From NCBI RefSeq assembly GCF_036321535.1, contig NC_087436.1, forward strand, positions 16,492,001 through 16,556,000: 64,000 bases of DNA, given 5' to 3'. Within the stretch, counting starts at the first letter, position 1. Every line of letters begins with the position of its first letter. The notes beneath the pieces were generated by a model. The model was not told the origin of the DNA and did no database searches. It worked only from the letters and a program-made list of their open reading frames with translations. This stretch comes from Camelus dromedarius. Taxonomy: Eukaryota. Both the position numbers and the translations under genes were made by a program. Below are positions 1-12,762 of this stretch, one piece after another.

Positions 1-2451
1 ACCACAGCAAATGTGGATTCAAAATCTAAATCCAAGTCTGACTACAGAGCCCAGGGGCTATTTGGCTAGTCTCACACTATGACCTCCTCTAAGAGCTCAG
101 GGAAAGAAGTCTTGCAAGGCTATTAAAGTAACTCAGGGGTGCCACCCTACACCAGATTCACTGATTAAAATACTCACTGTAGTATATTTAGAACATGCTT
201 TCAGATTACATAACTACAGTCACATTCCTATAATTCAGTCAAACAATATATAAGTTGGTAAATTCACAGCCTTTCCTCACATAGAAATCTTAAGAAAAAT
301 TTTCCTTTAATAAGACACCCCCTGAAATGTACCAAAGAATTTTTTAAATCAGTATACTAGATATTACTTGTAAATAGATTTGCTTCCATTATCATTTTTA
401 TGGCTTTTTTTTTTAAGTATCAGAAACATCAGTTCCATTGATTAGAAGGAAAGTCAGTGTAAATTAGGCAACCATTTAAAAACAGAAGCTTTAACACTTT
501 TGTACTGGATTTGTGACAGCAGACTCTGAAACACTTCGGTTTTAATAATGAGATATGAGAACAACTAATCTGAATCAGCGCCTAGGGGCTGGTAGCGCAC
601 AAAGTGGTCTCACCTGCAGCCGTATCTTAGATTTGTTTCCACTGAGCACAGCTGAAAGGGGTCTCGGTGCGTGAGACGTGTGACTGGTTAGCAGAGGCGA
701 ACAGTGGTAAACAGAACCCACCGCCTGTTCGTGTGCCCGGGTGGAGGCAGCAGCCAGCTCCCGCCTATGAACAGGGCTGTGTGGAAGCTGCGGACCTGTG
801 CCTTCCCCTGAGTATTGCTGCCCCCTCCCCTGACTACACGGCCCGCCAACACCAGCAGAGTCTCATCCCAACCGTAGGAGTGAGCCTTTCAAGCAAAGCG
901 CTGGCTTACTGGATTGTGAGCAGCAGGTGGCATGGCCATGCCCACCTGCTAAGCATGCCTGCAGGCTTTCGGTGTGAGGTTATCACTGATTTCCGGGATG
1001 CCTGGAAGGTGGGAGAGGTGCCCGTCTCCCCAGCCCCAACTACGGAGCTACCCACGTCCGGCTCTGGCCCAGGTCAGCTCACAGCCACAACCCCTAAGTC
1101 TTAACGCCACCCAGTTACCTAACATGCGGAGAAGAATTCCTAATGACTCACTTTCACGAATAAGGGGGTGTTGAAGATGAACAAACATGCTACTTACATT
1201 TAAATGAAGTTTTTACAATTGACCTACTTATATGCTGATTTGCTTGGCAAATGCTCCCTCCATCCCCACAAAGTGGGCTTCTGCCCAACTGAGCCATTTA
1301 CCCACCAAATGCCTCCATTTACTGAGCAACTACAATGTACAAATCACTGACCTCAAACAGAGCCTGAGGTTCATTACGATGATTTATTTTGTTAGGGCAC
1401 GGAGGTCTTCAAAACGGCTTGGTCCTGCTTTTTCTTTTGCTTTTGTCAACAAAATCAATTACGCTCAGAGATGAAGTCACCACCCCACATTCCTGGGGTA
1501 ATAAAGAGGGTATAAAAGTACTGAAGACCATTAACTAGTTTTAAATACCCAAGAAAAACCAAAGCTCCAGGGAAAAGCGAAAACGTTGAAGGTCAGAAGC
1601 TACCGTGGATTTACATTTCACGGCTTTGAAAAGAAGTTTTGAGTTCAGAAGGTCAAAGAGTTACATTTTAGCTCTGCCAATCAGGATGAGATACTACCAG
1701 CCCTTTCATCACACTTCACAAATCTGGAAAATCTTTCACCACCAGCAGACCCACGAGACATCATCAGATAAAACATCAGCACATCAGACAGTTTATAATC
1801 TCAAGATGTTGGATAATGTTCCAAATGTACTTTTTTTCTTTCTTCTTTCAACCAACAGGAATGCTCACAGTAGACAGCCCCTGGGCACACGCTTCGGCAT
1901 CAAAACACGAGGCGTTTTATTCCCCAGTGTCCACAGATGTGCCCCTGACTCTGAAGCCTTGAGTTACCACAGCCTTGAAAGTCTTAAACCAGGACATGGA
2001 TGATGAATTAAATTTCAGGGAAGTGCTTTCTTCATCCGTCTGGCAGCTGATGACACATTTAGTACTCTTTACCGCCTATCTGTCCCAAAGAAAATGCTGT
2101 GATTTAAGCAGCACAGTCAATAGCCCCAAAGGGGAAGTTATCAGCTAGACTGAAGGGACTGGGAGGAGCTCGGGCAGAGGAAACAGGAGATCACGGGCTG
2201 AGGTCAAGGAGAAGAGGCGGGATCAGGAAGATGCGGATTAAGACAAGAAAACGTCAGTGGTGGTGGGATTCGAGGATCTGAAGAGGAGAGAAAGGAATGC
2301 GCAGGGAATGATGGGTCTGGAGAACAAAAGGACCGGAAGGAGAACAAAGCAGTGAGATTGATGGGGAGAGAGAGTTTTGTCGTCCTCCAAAGGGAGAGCA
2401 GAGGCAGCCTAGGAAAGAAACCTTGGGCAAGAGGAAAGCTGAGAGCAGGGG

Positions 2452-2960
2452 TGTGGGAGCCACCCTCCAAACGGTTCCCGTGAGCCTCACCTCCTGATTT
2501 TCATGCCCTTGTGTAGCCTCCTCCAATGCAGAACTGCACTGGCATTTATGACCGCTAAGCTATCATGGAAATGATGGTGTCTGACTTCCCAGGCTAGGTC
2601 ACAGGACGGGGAACTTCTGCCTGCACTCTCCCTCTCTTTCAAGTCACTCACTCTGGGGAAAGCCAGCTGCTGTGTTCTGAGGACACTGAAACCAACTTAT
2701 GGGGGGAGGGGGTGCGGCCCATGGTACCAACCTGCCACTGAGTGAGTGAGCCCCCTTGGAAGGGGGTCCTCCATTCTCACTCAAGCCTTTGGTGACTGCA
2801 GCCCTGGTGTCCATCTCAACCACAATCTCATCAAAGATCTTAAGCCAGATCACTCAGTTAAGCTGCTCCTGAATTCCTGATCTACAAGAATTGTTGAGAG
2901 AAAATAATTTTGTATTGTTGTTTTAAGATGCTAAATTCTGGGATAACTTGTTACTAATAG
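2452..2960 (+). mobile_element. MaLR MLT1-type solo LTR (old)
   Basis: Typical MLT1 segments: ctcacctcctgattttcatgcccttgtgt, ctctggggaaagccagctgc, 3' ttgttttaagatgctaaattctgggataacttgttac. Confidence 0.75.
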
Positions 2961-4554
2961 AATTACCCAGATTACTAATAGGGCTGGACTGTGCAGGGCA
3001 GGGAGGCAGAGACGAAGGTGCAGCTGGGAGGGGAAATGGGAACAAGAGCAGAGAAGGTGGTTAAACCTGGAGTCTGACTTCTCTCACTTTCTCTTTCCTT
3101 CTCCTACCCAACTGCACATCAACATGCTTTCCTAAGTGAAACCTCCCTCATGTGAAAGCTGAACCTGGAAACCCCAAGACTTACAGTAAAGAAAGAACAA
3201 CAAAGCTATTCTGGGCTCTTTCTCTACACTTAGTTCACCTCAGACCTGTGCTGAGGGCCTATGCATCCCCCTTTTGACAGACAAAGGTGATGTGACTTGC
3301 CCAAGGCCCCACAGCTCGTGAGGGGCCAAGCCCAGATGAAACCCGGGCACCCTGGTTTCCGGGTTTACCCGCAGAACCACAGCACCGTCCTGTGTCCACC
3401 TGGGACAACGGGGCTCTGGGTGACACCCTTCTTTGAGCCTCTCTTCTTGTGAAATTGCACACTCGGGGGGGTGCCATCTCTGGCCTAAGGGGATCCCTTA
3501 GCTTAACTGAGACCAACTGGAACAGAAAATTTTAGTTAAGTAAGGAGATTAAAAGAAAGATAAACAAGAGTCCTGAGGAGTCATGTACCCTCCTGGCCCA
3601 GGCCTAGTAGGACCTGGCATGAACTAGCCTCACCCCAAGGCTGTGGGCTCCTCGTGTGCCTGAGGGCTGGGAGCCTGGAGTCACCGTCACAGAGGCAGCT
3701 CAAGTCTGGCGGCAAAAATGCCTCCTCCCCACGTGACTATCACTGTGAGTGGCCTTGTCTTTTAGAAAAGCCAGATTCCCTCAATCCATATGGAAGCAAA
3801 GCCAACTTCTCATCCCTCGGGATTAAGTTCTGGGAAGAAGCCCATGGCCCCAGCAACTCATTTTATGAATTTCTGGTCCAACTATGCAGTTCCAATCATC
3901 TGTTTAACAGACTGGCCTTGCTCTCTCACTCTGTCCCTGGGGCTAGGTGTGGTCACGAGCATGGGCTCTGCTCGCAAAGACCAGTTAAGCCACTGGACTC
4001 ACAACATGGCTTCCATCACAGGCCCACCACGTAACATGATCTCACGTCCGGGGCCCCACGCACCTGCTGGGCCTGGACTACACCATCTGTTTCCAACCTG
4101 TGCCACTCTTGACAATACTCAGTTCCACTGCTGGCTTCCAAAGAGAACCAATAACCCTCACCTACTGTGACCTTTATCATTTCGCTAAAGATTTAAGGGG
4201 TCGGGGAGAAGTGCTGGTCACACAACGTGACCATTTCACTTGAAAAGAACTCCCATTAGACCCGTGCGAATAATCTCCTCTGCCAAGTCTCACAGGAAGA
4301 GCTGTCAACAGGCATTCCTCTCTATCTTTCCACCTCCCCTCACCACCCTCCCCTGCACCTCAGTACCCCCTCTCCTTTCCCTAACCCTCCTTCCTCCTTT
4401 CCCAATCTCACAACCCGTTTTCATTCAGATCATTTGTGTGTATCTAAACCCAGGCACCAACACTCCCAAAAGACCTACACAGCACAGCATTTCCAAGGGG
4501 TGCCTGTGCTGCATCACAGAAGTGCACCTGCCAGTGATGGGTGGTGGGGAGGGG

Positions 4555-4720
4555 CATCAGAGGTTAGAGACAGAGACCCTGAAAGAGTCAGGAATCCCAG
4601 CTGGCCACTGGGACCTTGAGCAAGTCACACCGCATGTCTGAACCTCAGTTTCTCCACCTATGAAATGAAGACAGATTAGAAGATTTGAGACCACTTCCAG
4701 TTTCCACATTCTGTGGTTTT
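4555..4720. mobile_element. MIR SINE
   Basis: MIR core gaccttgagcaagtcac...tctgaacctcagtttctccacctatgaaatg. Confidence 0.75.
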
Positions 4721-4939
4721 AGGTAACTACCTAGCAAAACAAAAAAGTTGTAACTGAGGTACAACTAACTCTTGGTTGTCCTGACATCTTTCAGCTTTAG
4801 GTTTCAAGAACCTTAATTACTTGATTGCCACTCTATTTCTTAACACCCCCACCTTGCAAAAAATATTCACAACCTAAGGAAAGTTTTTCTTCTTCTCCTG
4901 GCTTCGGTCCAGCCCCTTAAAGAGCATGATCTTCTGTGA

Positions 4940-5491
4940 ACACAGCGAGTATCAGATTCTACTTCCCTCTGACTTAATGGCTTAACTCCCTACTAAGGAA
5001 AACTCAGATCTTGTTTTGGGACAACTTAAGTCCTTCAAAGTCCAACAGCCCCCACTCCTGGGCTCTCAGACATCTGCCTGTGATCCCTCGACACATAAAG
5101 TACATTCTTTACTGGGCCTGTTTCCCCTAACAAACTAATAGCCCTAGGTAACGCCTAATCTCACCATAGCTCAGGCTGGCTTGTTTCAGCCCACCCTACC
5201 AGAGTCATAAACCCCACCGCCCTACACAAACGCTAAATCTCTTACTTCATCTGCAACCAATCAGAGCCTTGTGCACAAGCCCATCAGGCACCTTGTGACC
5301 CGACCTCATAAAAGACCCCAACAACCGGCCCTCGGGGCTCCCACAGGCACCCCTTGTCTGAGTGACCAACTGTTGTCTATGGTGGGGTACCCCTAATAAA
5401 CTCTTTCTATTCTCATACTTTATCTCTAGTAAATTCTTTTAGTAACTTGTACACCACCATGTCACTGACTGGCCACCACATTGTGCCCACA
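4940..5491 (+). mobile_element. ERV-type solo LTR (5' boundary uncertain)
   Basis: CCAAT (about 5257), TATA-like cataaaag (about 5307), AATAAA (about 5395) followed by ctagtaaattcttt, and a CA terminus. Confidence 0.6.
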
Positions 5492-7020
5492 TGGATAGCA
5501 CCCCCCCAAAAATAAAAATCTGCCAAAACGGGAAGCAGAAAGATGTGAATGTCAACTACCACATGTGCTGTCCTGGCTTGGTTAGCTTGGTTTTGTCAAT
5601 CCTCTGCATCTCTGGAAAAAGATTATCTACCCCCAAAGCCACAAAAGCATCTAACTAGGACAAATAGTGGTAAAGAGTTCCCGCCCATGAAAAGCAGCCG
5701 CTGCTGTCAGACATCCCTCCTAACTGATCTTAATAAGCTGTTTTCAATGAAGGGGAAGGAAAAAGCACAGCACTAACGCGTGGCAATTATCTGTAATTCT
5801 CTATCTGTAGTGCCTCTGAATAGAGAAAATGACACAAACGCGGACAGATGCTGACTAGAGCTTCACAATGACATCGAAACGAGGGCATTTTGTACGGCAA
5901 GGAGCACAACTAAGATGCCCCATCTTTCAGAAGAAGGTTTCCATCCCAAGGACAACACACAGCGTGCATTGCAGGGCACTGCAATGAGATGAAATGTCCC
6001 CAAGGCATGGTCACTGGGCACAGACAGGGGTCAGAGAGGTTCAGCACGTGTCCTAACAGCTGATGCGTGCGACAGAGGTTTCTTTAGCTGCTAATATTTA
6101 ACGTAAGATTCAGTGATTCTTTATCAGCTTTTAAGTGAGAGGGAGAGAAACAACTCCTCAGCTTCCCAGACAGGTTTTTGCAACTTAAAGAACCATAGTC
6201 TTCGCGCTGCAGCAGTCATTTAAAGTCAAACATCCTTATTTTACAGATGATCAAAAGAAAAACAAAAACAGGTCTCACAGCTGTTAGCCAAGCCTCAGGT
6301 GTGGTGGAGGATAAAGGGAAGGTTGGGGGGCGGGTCACAGAAGGATATCTGACTGGTAATCTCATCTTCAGTCTTGACCAGGAATCGGCATTCCCCTTAA
6401 CCTTCTTCATCTCTTTTTGCAGCAGTAAGTCATCCTTGAGCAATTCCTCTGTGCCAAGGAACTGCGAGTGCTGAATGCTAGGGTTACAATAGTAAGATAC
6501 ACCTTGTCTGGTGAGGACAATTTTATGTAATGTCTCAGCAATAATACAATGTATAGTTTTAAAAATTCCACGAATCTTCACTCCGGATTTCACTTGTAGT
6601 CTGTGTGCATGTGTGAAGGGATGGATGTGTACTCAGAGCAGCAAGCAGCACCAACTGACCTCGTGGCAACAACACAAAAGGACAATCTTCAGCTGAGAGC
6701 TGAAGATGGACTAGGAAGAAAGATGGAGGCCCAGGTTACTGACAGACAACAAAAAGGGGGAAATAACCAAGATGCCGGGTAAGCAGGGACAACCCTGTCT
6801 ACAGCAACAGCCGGGGGAGAAGCACAAGTGGTCCACGCAGGTGGACCACAGGAAAGCTCATGCTGGTTTGCCCTCGGCTGACAATTACCAGGACTAGGAG
6901 CCACTTGCTTTTGCTTTGATGAATGATGTAACAACTGAAACTGGAAAAGGGGTGAATCAACTTGATTTTCACTTCAGTTCTCCTGAAAGTTACCCGGATT
7001 AAAAAGAGAGCACATCCTGC

Positions 7021-7280
7021 TGGGGGAAAGAGGAGGGGAGAGACAAATTGGGAGTTCAAGATTTGCAGATACTAACCTCTACATATAAAATAGACAAACA
7101 ACAAGTTTCTACTGTATAGCACAGGGAGCTGCATTCAGTATCTTGCAGTAACATATAATGAAAAAGAATATGAAAAGGGATATATGTATGTACATGTATG
7201 ACTGAAACATTATGCTATACACCAGAAATTGACATAACGTTGTAAACCAACTATACTTCAACTAAAATTTTTTTTAAAAA
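7021..7280 (+). mobile_element. 5'-truncated L1 (3' UTR plus tail)
   Basis: gggagttcaagatttgcagatact...ctgtatagcacaggga...ctatacttcaa; near-perfect TSD aaaaagagagcac / aaaaacagagcac. Confidence 0.85.
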
Positions 7281-8774
7281 AACAGAGCACCTTCAGTCTA
7301 TTCTGGGGAAAAGTTGGGAAAGAAAAGCTGAAAAGAATTCGTGATTTTTAATTGATTTAATTGACATAACTTTTCTTTTGGAGTTAACATTTAAGAATTC
7401 CATGGAAACCATATTGTGAACTGATCTAAGCCAATTTAGCACCTCAGAAAATGCCTGGTTCTTTTGCTAAGCATAAAGAGTTTCCAGCACGTAGAGGTTC
7501 CTGAGAGTGATATGCTCCAAATCCCAAACTCACTACTGGTCTCAGTCCCAGCATACTTAAGCAAACAGGCACAAAAACAGACGATATGTTCTTTTCTCTT
7601 TTTGATGTCAGGCACTTAGACAAAAATCATGCAAGTTCACTCTAGAGGCAGACACACAGTCTTAGGACAGAACAAACGCATCTGGGAGTCAGGTGGAAGA
7701 CAGAGCCCTCCAGGCAGGGAGGACCCTCAGACCAACTGCCCCGCCAGCCTGCTGGGTTCTCATCCCTCATTCACCAGGCATGCTGGGGCTTTTACCTCTC
7801 ATTTCACTAGGGAAAAACATTCTCCAACATCCTTGGGATAAACAAACCCACTCGGACAATATCTGAAGGGCTTAGGCAACCAACTTTCGATTCCTAATGA
7901 AAGTATTTCTGATGTCAACCAAACACTCCCAAGGGAATAAAAGTTAATACACGTGTACATCACAGCACTGAGTACCTCCCAGTCTTCTTAAAGTACATGA
8001 CCATACAGACAGTTTCATCGATTCTACAAAAGAAAACTTTCAATCTTTAAGAACAATCACATACTGCTATTTTATCAGGTAAATTTCCTCTTATAAATTT
8101 AAATTATTGAGAGCTATTAAATCAAATCAATCTTGTTGAAATCCTGTAAATCTGGCTTGGCTCATCATTCTTCTTCTCTATGAGATAAAACGACTGTTAA
8201 ACCAACTGTTTAATCATGTTAAAGTTACTATTTACATTTTCAGGCCACCACCATCACCATCTAGACCTAAGATTTATTTCTAAGTTCTTCACCAAAATGG
8301 ACATATTTTTCTTGTGTTACTACTTATGTATATAACTATTATGCTAGAATTCACTCTACTTTAGATTTTCACAAAGTCAAATTATGGTAACAATATTAAA
8401 ATCATGATTTTAAATGACATTTTAAGAAAAGAATCATGGTGTTCTCCAAGATGTTGCCATCATAAACTGCTTTGATAATAGGAAAACTGTTGTTTATTTA
8501 TATAAAACAAACCACATTATGTTCAACCCTAATGATAATCTTACATTCCCATTTAAGAGATGGAAACACTTAAGCTCAGAGGAGTTAAGTGTGTTGACCC
8601 AAAGTCCGAGATGAAACAGGACACAGGACCCAAAGCCAGGTCTTCCTGGCTCCAAATCCTTAACTCTTTTCTTGATTTGTTACTGCACCCAAGCCCCTGA
8701 ACAGATTAACTCCTAAACTATACAACTCAAAATAACAAAAATCTCACGAACATGCCACATACCCTATTTCGTAC

Positions 8775-8869
8775 CTTTAATCCTCTGAAACTTCCTGGGC
8801 TAGTTGGAGAAGAACTGGAGGATTTCGTAGACTTAGGAGTGGAAAGCTGGCTGCTGGGAGTTCCATTAA
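8775..8869 (-). CDS. DCLK2: DCLK2 coding exon (about exon 5; Ser/Pro-rich region), 95 nt
   Basis: tgatcAG|TTAATGGA...TTAAAG|GTACGA gives (V)NGTPSSQLSTPKSTKSSSSSPTSPGSFRGLK. Phase 1 in, phase 0 out. Confidence 0.97.
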
Positions 8870-10018
8870 CTGATCATGAGACAACAAAGGAGACAGAGTC
8901 ATTAAAACCCCAAATAACGAGGTTGTGTGAAAACACTAAGCACACGCACAACAGAGCTCCAATGGAGATTCGAGTCACTGAAAGCTCCAAGCAGATAGCA
9001 AATCAGCAAAAAAGCAAAAATAATGTATCTTACTGCATCACAGACAGAGGATCAGACAAATAAGCAGTGAAACTACAATTATTTTCAATAATAGTTTTCC
9101 AACAGTGACAGAAGCAAATATATAAAACATTATGGAGTTAAGAGATGTGAACGAGAACTTGTCTGTGTATCCTGCCTGCCAGCCAGCAAGGGAATGAGCG
9201 GCCGTTGTATCTGTAATGGTTTACTAAGAAGCTTGTCCCCAATGTCCAATGTCCACTATCTTGGTATACACCAACCTGAATGACCAAGACGTTCTTATGG
9301 CTCCCCCAAATCAACTCCACCATAATTCAAACACATTTTCTAAGTATGTTCTTAATGGAAAAAGGTTACTGGTCATCTTCCTTGTAAAAACCTCCCTTAT
9401 TTGTTTGAAGGTCATAAAAGACACTCTTCAAATTTCTTTTTAATCCAGACTAGTTATTTCTAATTCCCTCCATTTTCTTTTCTTCTCAGCTGAATTTCCC
9501 CATTACTTCTTAGCAAATCTTGTTGGTTTTTTTGTACACCCTCTTCCAAACCTCCATATACTTTAAAAGTTCAATTTAGAGCCTATGTGAGAAAGAGGAT
9601 GGTCACTGCTGTTTCAAGGGGAGGGTTAATTTGTAGATCTAGTCTCACTATGACCCCTGCTTATTCCTAACTGTATCACCGGGATGCACTTCTGCTGTAA
9701 TTTCACAAAACTATTATTTAACATCTTGTATCAGTGTATTTTTTTTTCTCTTCTAAGGAATATTCGTAACCCCTTTTATCATTAATCTTCAATGCTTTTG
9801 CCCCAAAGAGATGAAAACTGCCATTCATCTCTATGGAAGGAAAAGCAAAGTCCATTTCCTTTTAAAAAAATATTTTTGATTCAAGGGAGCAGGCAACTGT
9901 TATTTTAAATGATGCTAGTAAGTATAAACTGCAAAATGCAGGTCCTGAATAGGTGACTCAAAAAAGTGAGCCCCAGTCCTTGAATGGAGGTAGAATTCTG
10001 GATCAAGAAGTATTTGTG

Positions 10019-10280
10019 GGAAGGGGGTGGGAAGGGATAAAATGGGAGTTTGAGATTTGCAGATACTAACTAATATACAAAATAAACAACAAGTTTATAC
10101 TGCATAGCACAGGGAACCACAGGGAACTATATTCAATATCGTATAGTAACTTACGGTGAAAAAGAATATGAAAACAGATATATGTATGTGTATGTATGAC
10201 TGAAGCATTATGCTGTACACCAGAAGTTGACACATTGTAAACTGACTATACTTCAATAAAAACATATGTATACAAAAAAA
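10019..10280 (+). mobile_element. 5'-truncated L1 (same subfamily as 7021-7280)
   Basis: Closely similar to the 7021-7280 copy; ends cttcaataaaaa; TSD aagtatttgtg on both sides. Confidence 0.88.
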
Positions 10281-12450
10281 GTATTTGTGATTAGATGAAT
10301 CAGTCATGTCTGTTTATTGTACTGCTCATTGTAAAAATTCAGTAGAGATGAAAAACTTTTCCAGTGATTTTAAAATTACCAAACTTTCATTTTTCTAGTC
10401 CAAAACCACTCATTCATAAATAATTGTCAGTTATCTAGATTTTCTTAACAGATATATGTGGGTATTCAGAGTGCAAGTACAACACAAGTTAACTGCACAA
10501 TTCCTTAGAAACTTCGAAGAGTATTCAACAGCCCTGATTATTTTTCAATAAAGTTCCATTTCAATTAACACTATCTGTTTTAAAAATTCCCTTTTAAGGG
10601 AACTGGGGATGGGAATTCACACAAAATAGAGATTATTATGACCAATGAACTAATAAGCTTGCTATGAGCTGACACTGAGTTTGGTTCCTTTTTTCCTTCA
10701 TTCCACACAGCAGTCTGTTCAGGTCACTAGTTTCTACTCACTGAGTGCTGTTAACTTTCACTGATGTTCAGGCGCCACTTCAGTATCAAAGATTTCCTTG
10801 GAACAGTGATAGAAAAGGGACTAAAGAAGAAAAATTGGTTCCTGCAAGTGGTAATCTCTGTCCCAGACCAATCTCTCTAAGAACACACCTTCTGTCTAAA
10901 CATAGTTGAAGAAAGCTCACTGCCAGGGATTTAACTGGGATCAGTAACTACATGTCCACATTTACCCTCAAATGACTCCCATCCTAAAGAGACATTCAGT
11001 CATGTATAGCCCTCTACATTTCTGATAGCATTTGAAAGGTTCTGAAAAATGCTCTCCAGTGAGAAGTCCTTCATTCATCTGCACATTTCTCCAGTCTCTG
11101 GGAGGGTAAGCGGGACCTGGGCCCCACTGTGCCCTCCCTTCTTGCCCTGGTGCCACCAACAGGAAGGTGTCCAGTGGGCAGCTCCACTCCTTCACTACAC
11201 CCGGGATCTTCTCTTCCCAAATAAGGATCTTACCCACCACCCACCTCCACTGTAAGGTAAGAAATAAACTTGAAGATTTCTTGTTTGCTTGTTTGTTTGC
11301 TCTGAACACTTTTATCTTGGAGGACTATGAAAGATCCACAAGCTAGAAACCTAAAAAAGTGAGGATTTTAAAGACTCAATTACGGTAACTATTTACCCCC
11401 TTGTGTTATCCAGATTAATTTCTTTGTGTTTATCACACACCACTTAGCTATTTCGATTAATGGAGTTTTGTTGAGGAATTTAGTCAACCAGAAGACGTCA
11501 CTTACGGGAGCACTTACGTCCCAAGATTGAAAAAGTACAACATGATGTTTACAAAGTCACTCGCTCTGTCTGAAATTCCAGTTAGTCCCATGGAATGTTC
11601 TAAACGGTAGCAGGTATACCTCAGCAAGTAGTCTATAAAAATGAGTTATACTTCTGGGTACCACGGCTTTGCTAAAACAAAACTCTCTCTCAGTTTTCTG
11701 TAACTGCAGTTATGTGCTGAACATGCTTCTGAATTAATCTCTTATAAAGAAGGCATCTACCTCTGAAGTATGATTTATATCTTGCAACTTAAAAGTTTAA
11801 GGTAAACTTTTTTAACTCAAATCCAAACATGGACTCAGTTGAAAATCTGAGGTACTGGAATGCTAAGATGCTTTTTAAATCAATTTCTAAGCATTCTAAG
11901 TTCTAGTTTAAAATATGTATGCATTTATTAGACTATGTTATGAAGCAGCTGGTCTGCACGACAAGTATGGCTATGAAACATGCTTTTGATTCAGTGTCTT
12001 AATTTCCCTCTTTAGACCTCAGAGAGACAAAATTGGACCAATCATAATACCTGATCCTAGAATCACTCTCTCACTTTTATTTAGTTAGTTTACTTATATG
12101 ATAAGCACCTGTAAACCTATCACTAAAACAAAAGCTAAGAACTTGACAAAAGTCTACATTTACCATTTGGTAAAGTCACTTAAGTGTATTTATGCAAATT
12201 TCATGTGATATTAGCTTTCCCAGCATTTAAGGTGCTTTACAGAAAGCATAATATGATTTGAAATAAGCTTAACATCAGAGCGATGCTTTTGGTTAAAAAT
12301 ATTCACACTGGGAATATTTTTAGAGAATGCTGGGCTTATTAACCCAGGGCGGGGAGGGAAGGGAGAAGAGTCTAACTGCTTCTGTGGCCATTTTCACATT
12401 GCCAACAACCCAGAGCCTTTTTCAATAACAGACTGTTTTCCAAAATTAAC

Positions 12451-12543
12451 CAGAGGACCCCTTGAAGCGCCGTGCGTCCTGCTCACTCGGTGCTGAGCGC
12501 GCACACAGACGGGCCCGGCGATCCTCCGGAGATGACGGGCTCT
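12451..12543 (-). CDS. Candidate additional DCLK2 alternative exon (93-nt cassette, or terminal exon ending at TAA 12446-12448)
   Basis: Acceptor cctcccctgtctgctAG, open phase-1 frame (E)SPSSPEDRRARLCARSAPSEQDARRFKGSS, weak donor CTG|GTTAAT, and 11 CpGs in 93 nt. Confidence 0.5.
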
Positions 12544-12711
12544 CTAGCAGACAGGGGAGGCTGGAGCGTGTGAAGCACGTGACACTGCACAGGCGTAACT
12601 GGTACAAGCCAGACACATTCACGGACACGGAACAAAAGGAAACAGAAATGTGGCAAAAGACAAAAAACGAAAACCCAGCAGAGCGACAAAGCCATAATAA
12701 TCATGGCTCAC

Positions 12712-12762
12712 CTGGGGATCTGGCTGCAGAGTAGGCACTGGAGGAGTGGCCACCCCTCTTTA
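12712..12762 (-). CDS. DCLK2: DCLK2 51-nt alternative cassette exon (17 aa)
   Basis: gcacAG|TAAAGAGG...CCCCAG|GTGAGC gives (V)KRGGHSSSAYSAARSP. Phase 1/1 and frame-preserving; resembles the 17-aa insert of the longer human DCLK2 isoform as recalled. Confidence 0.88.
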
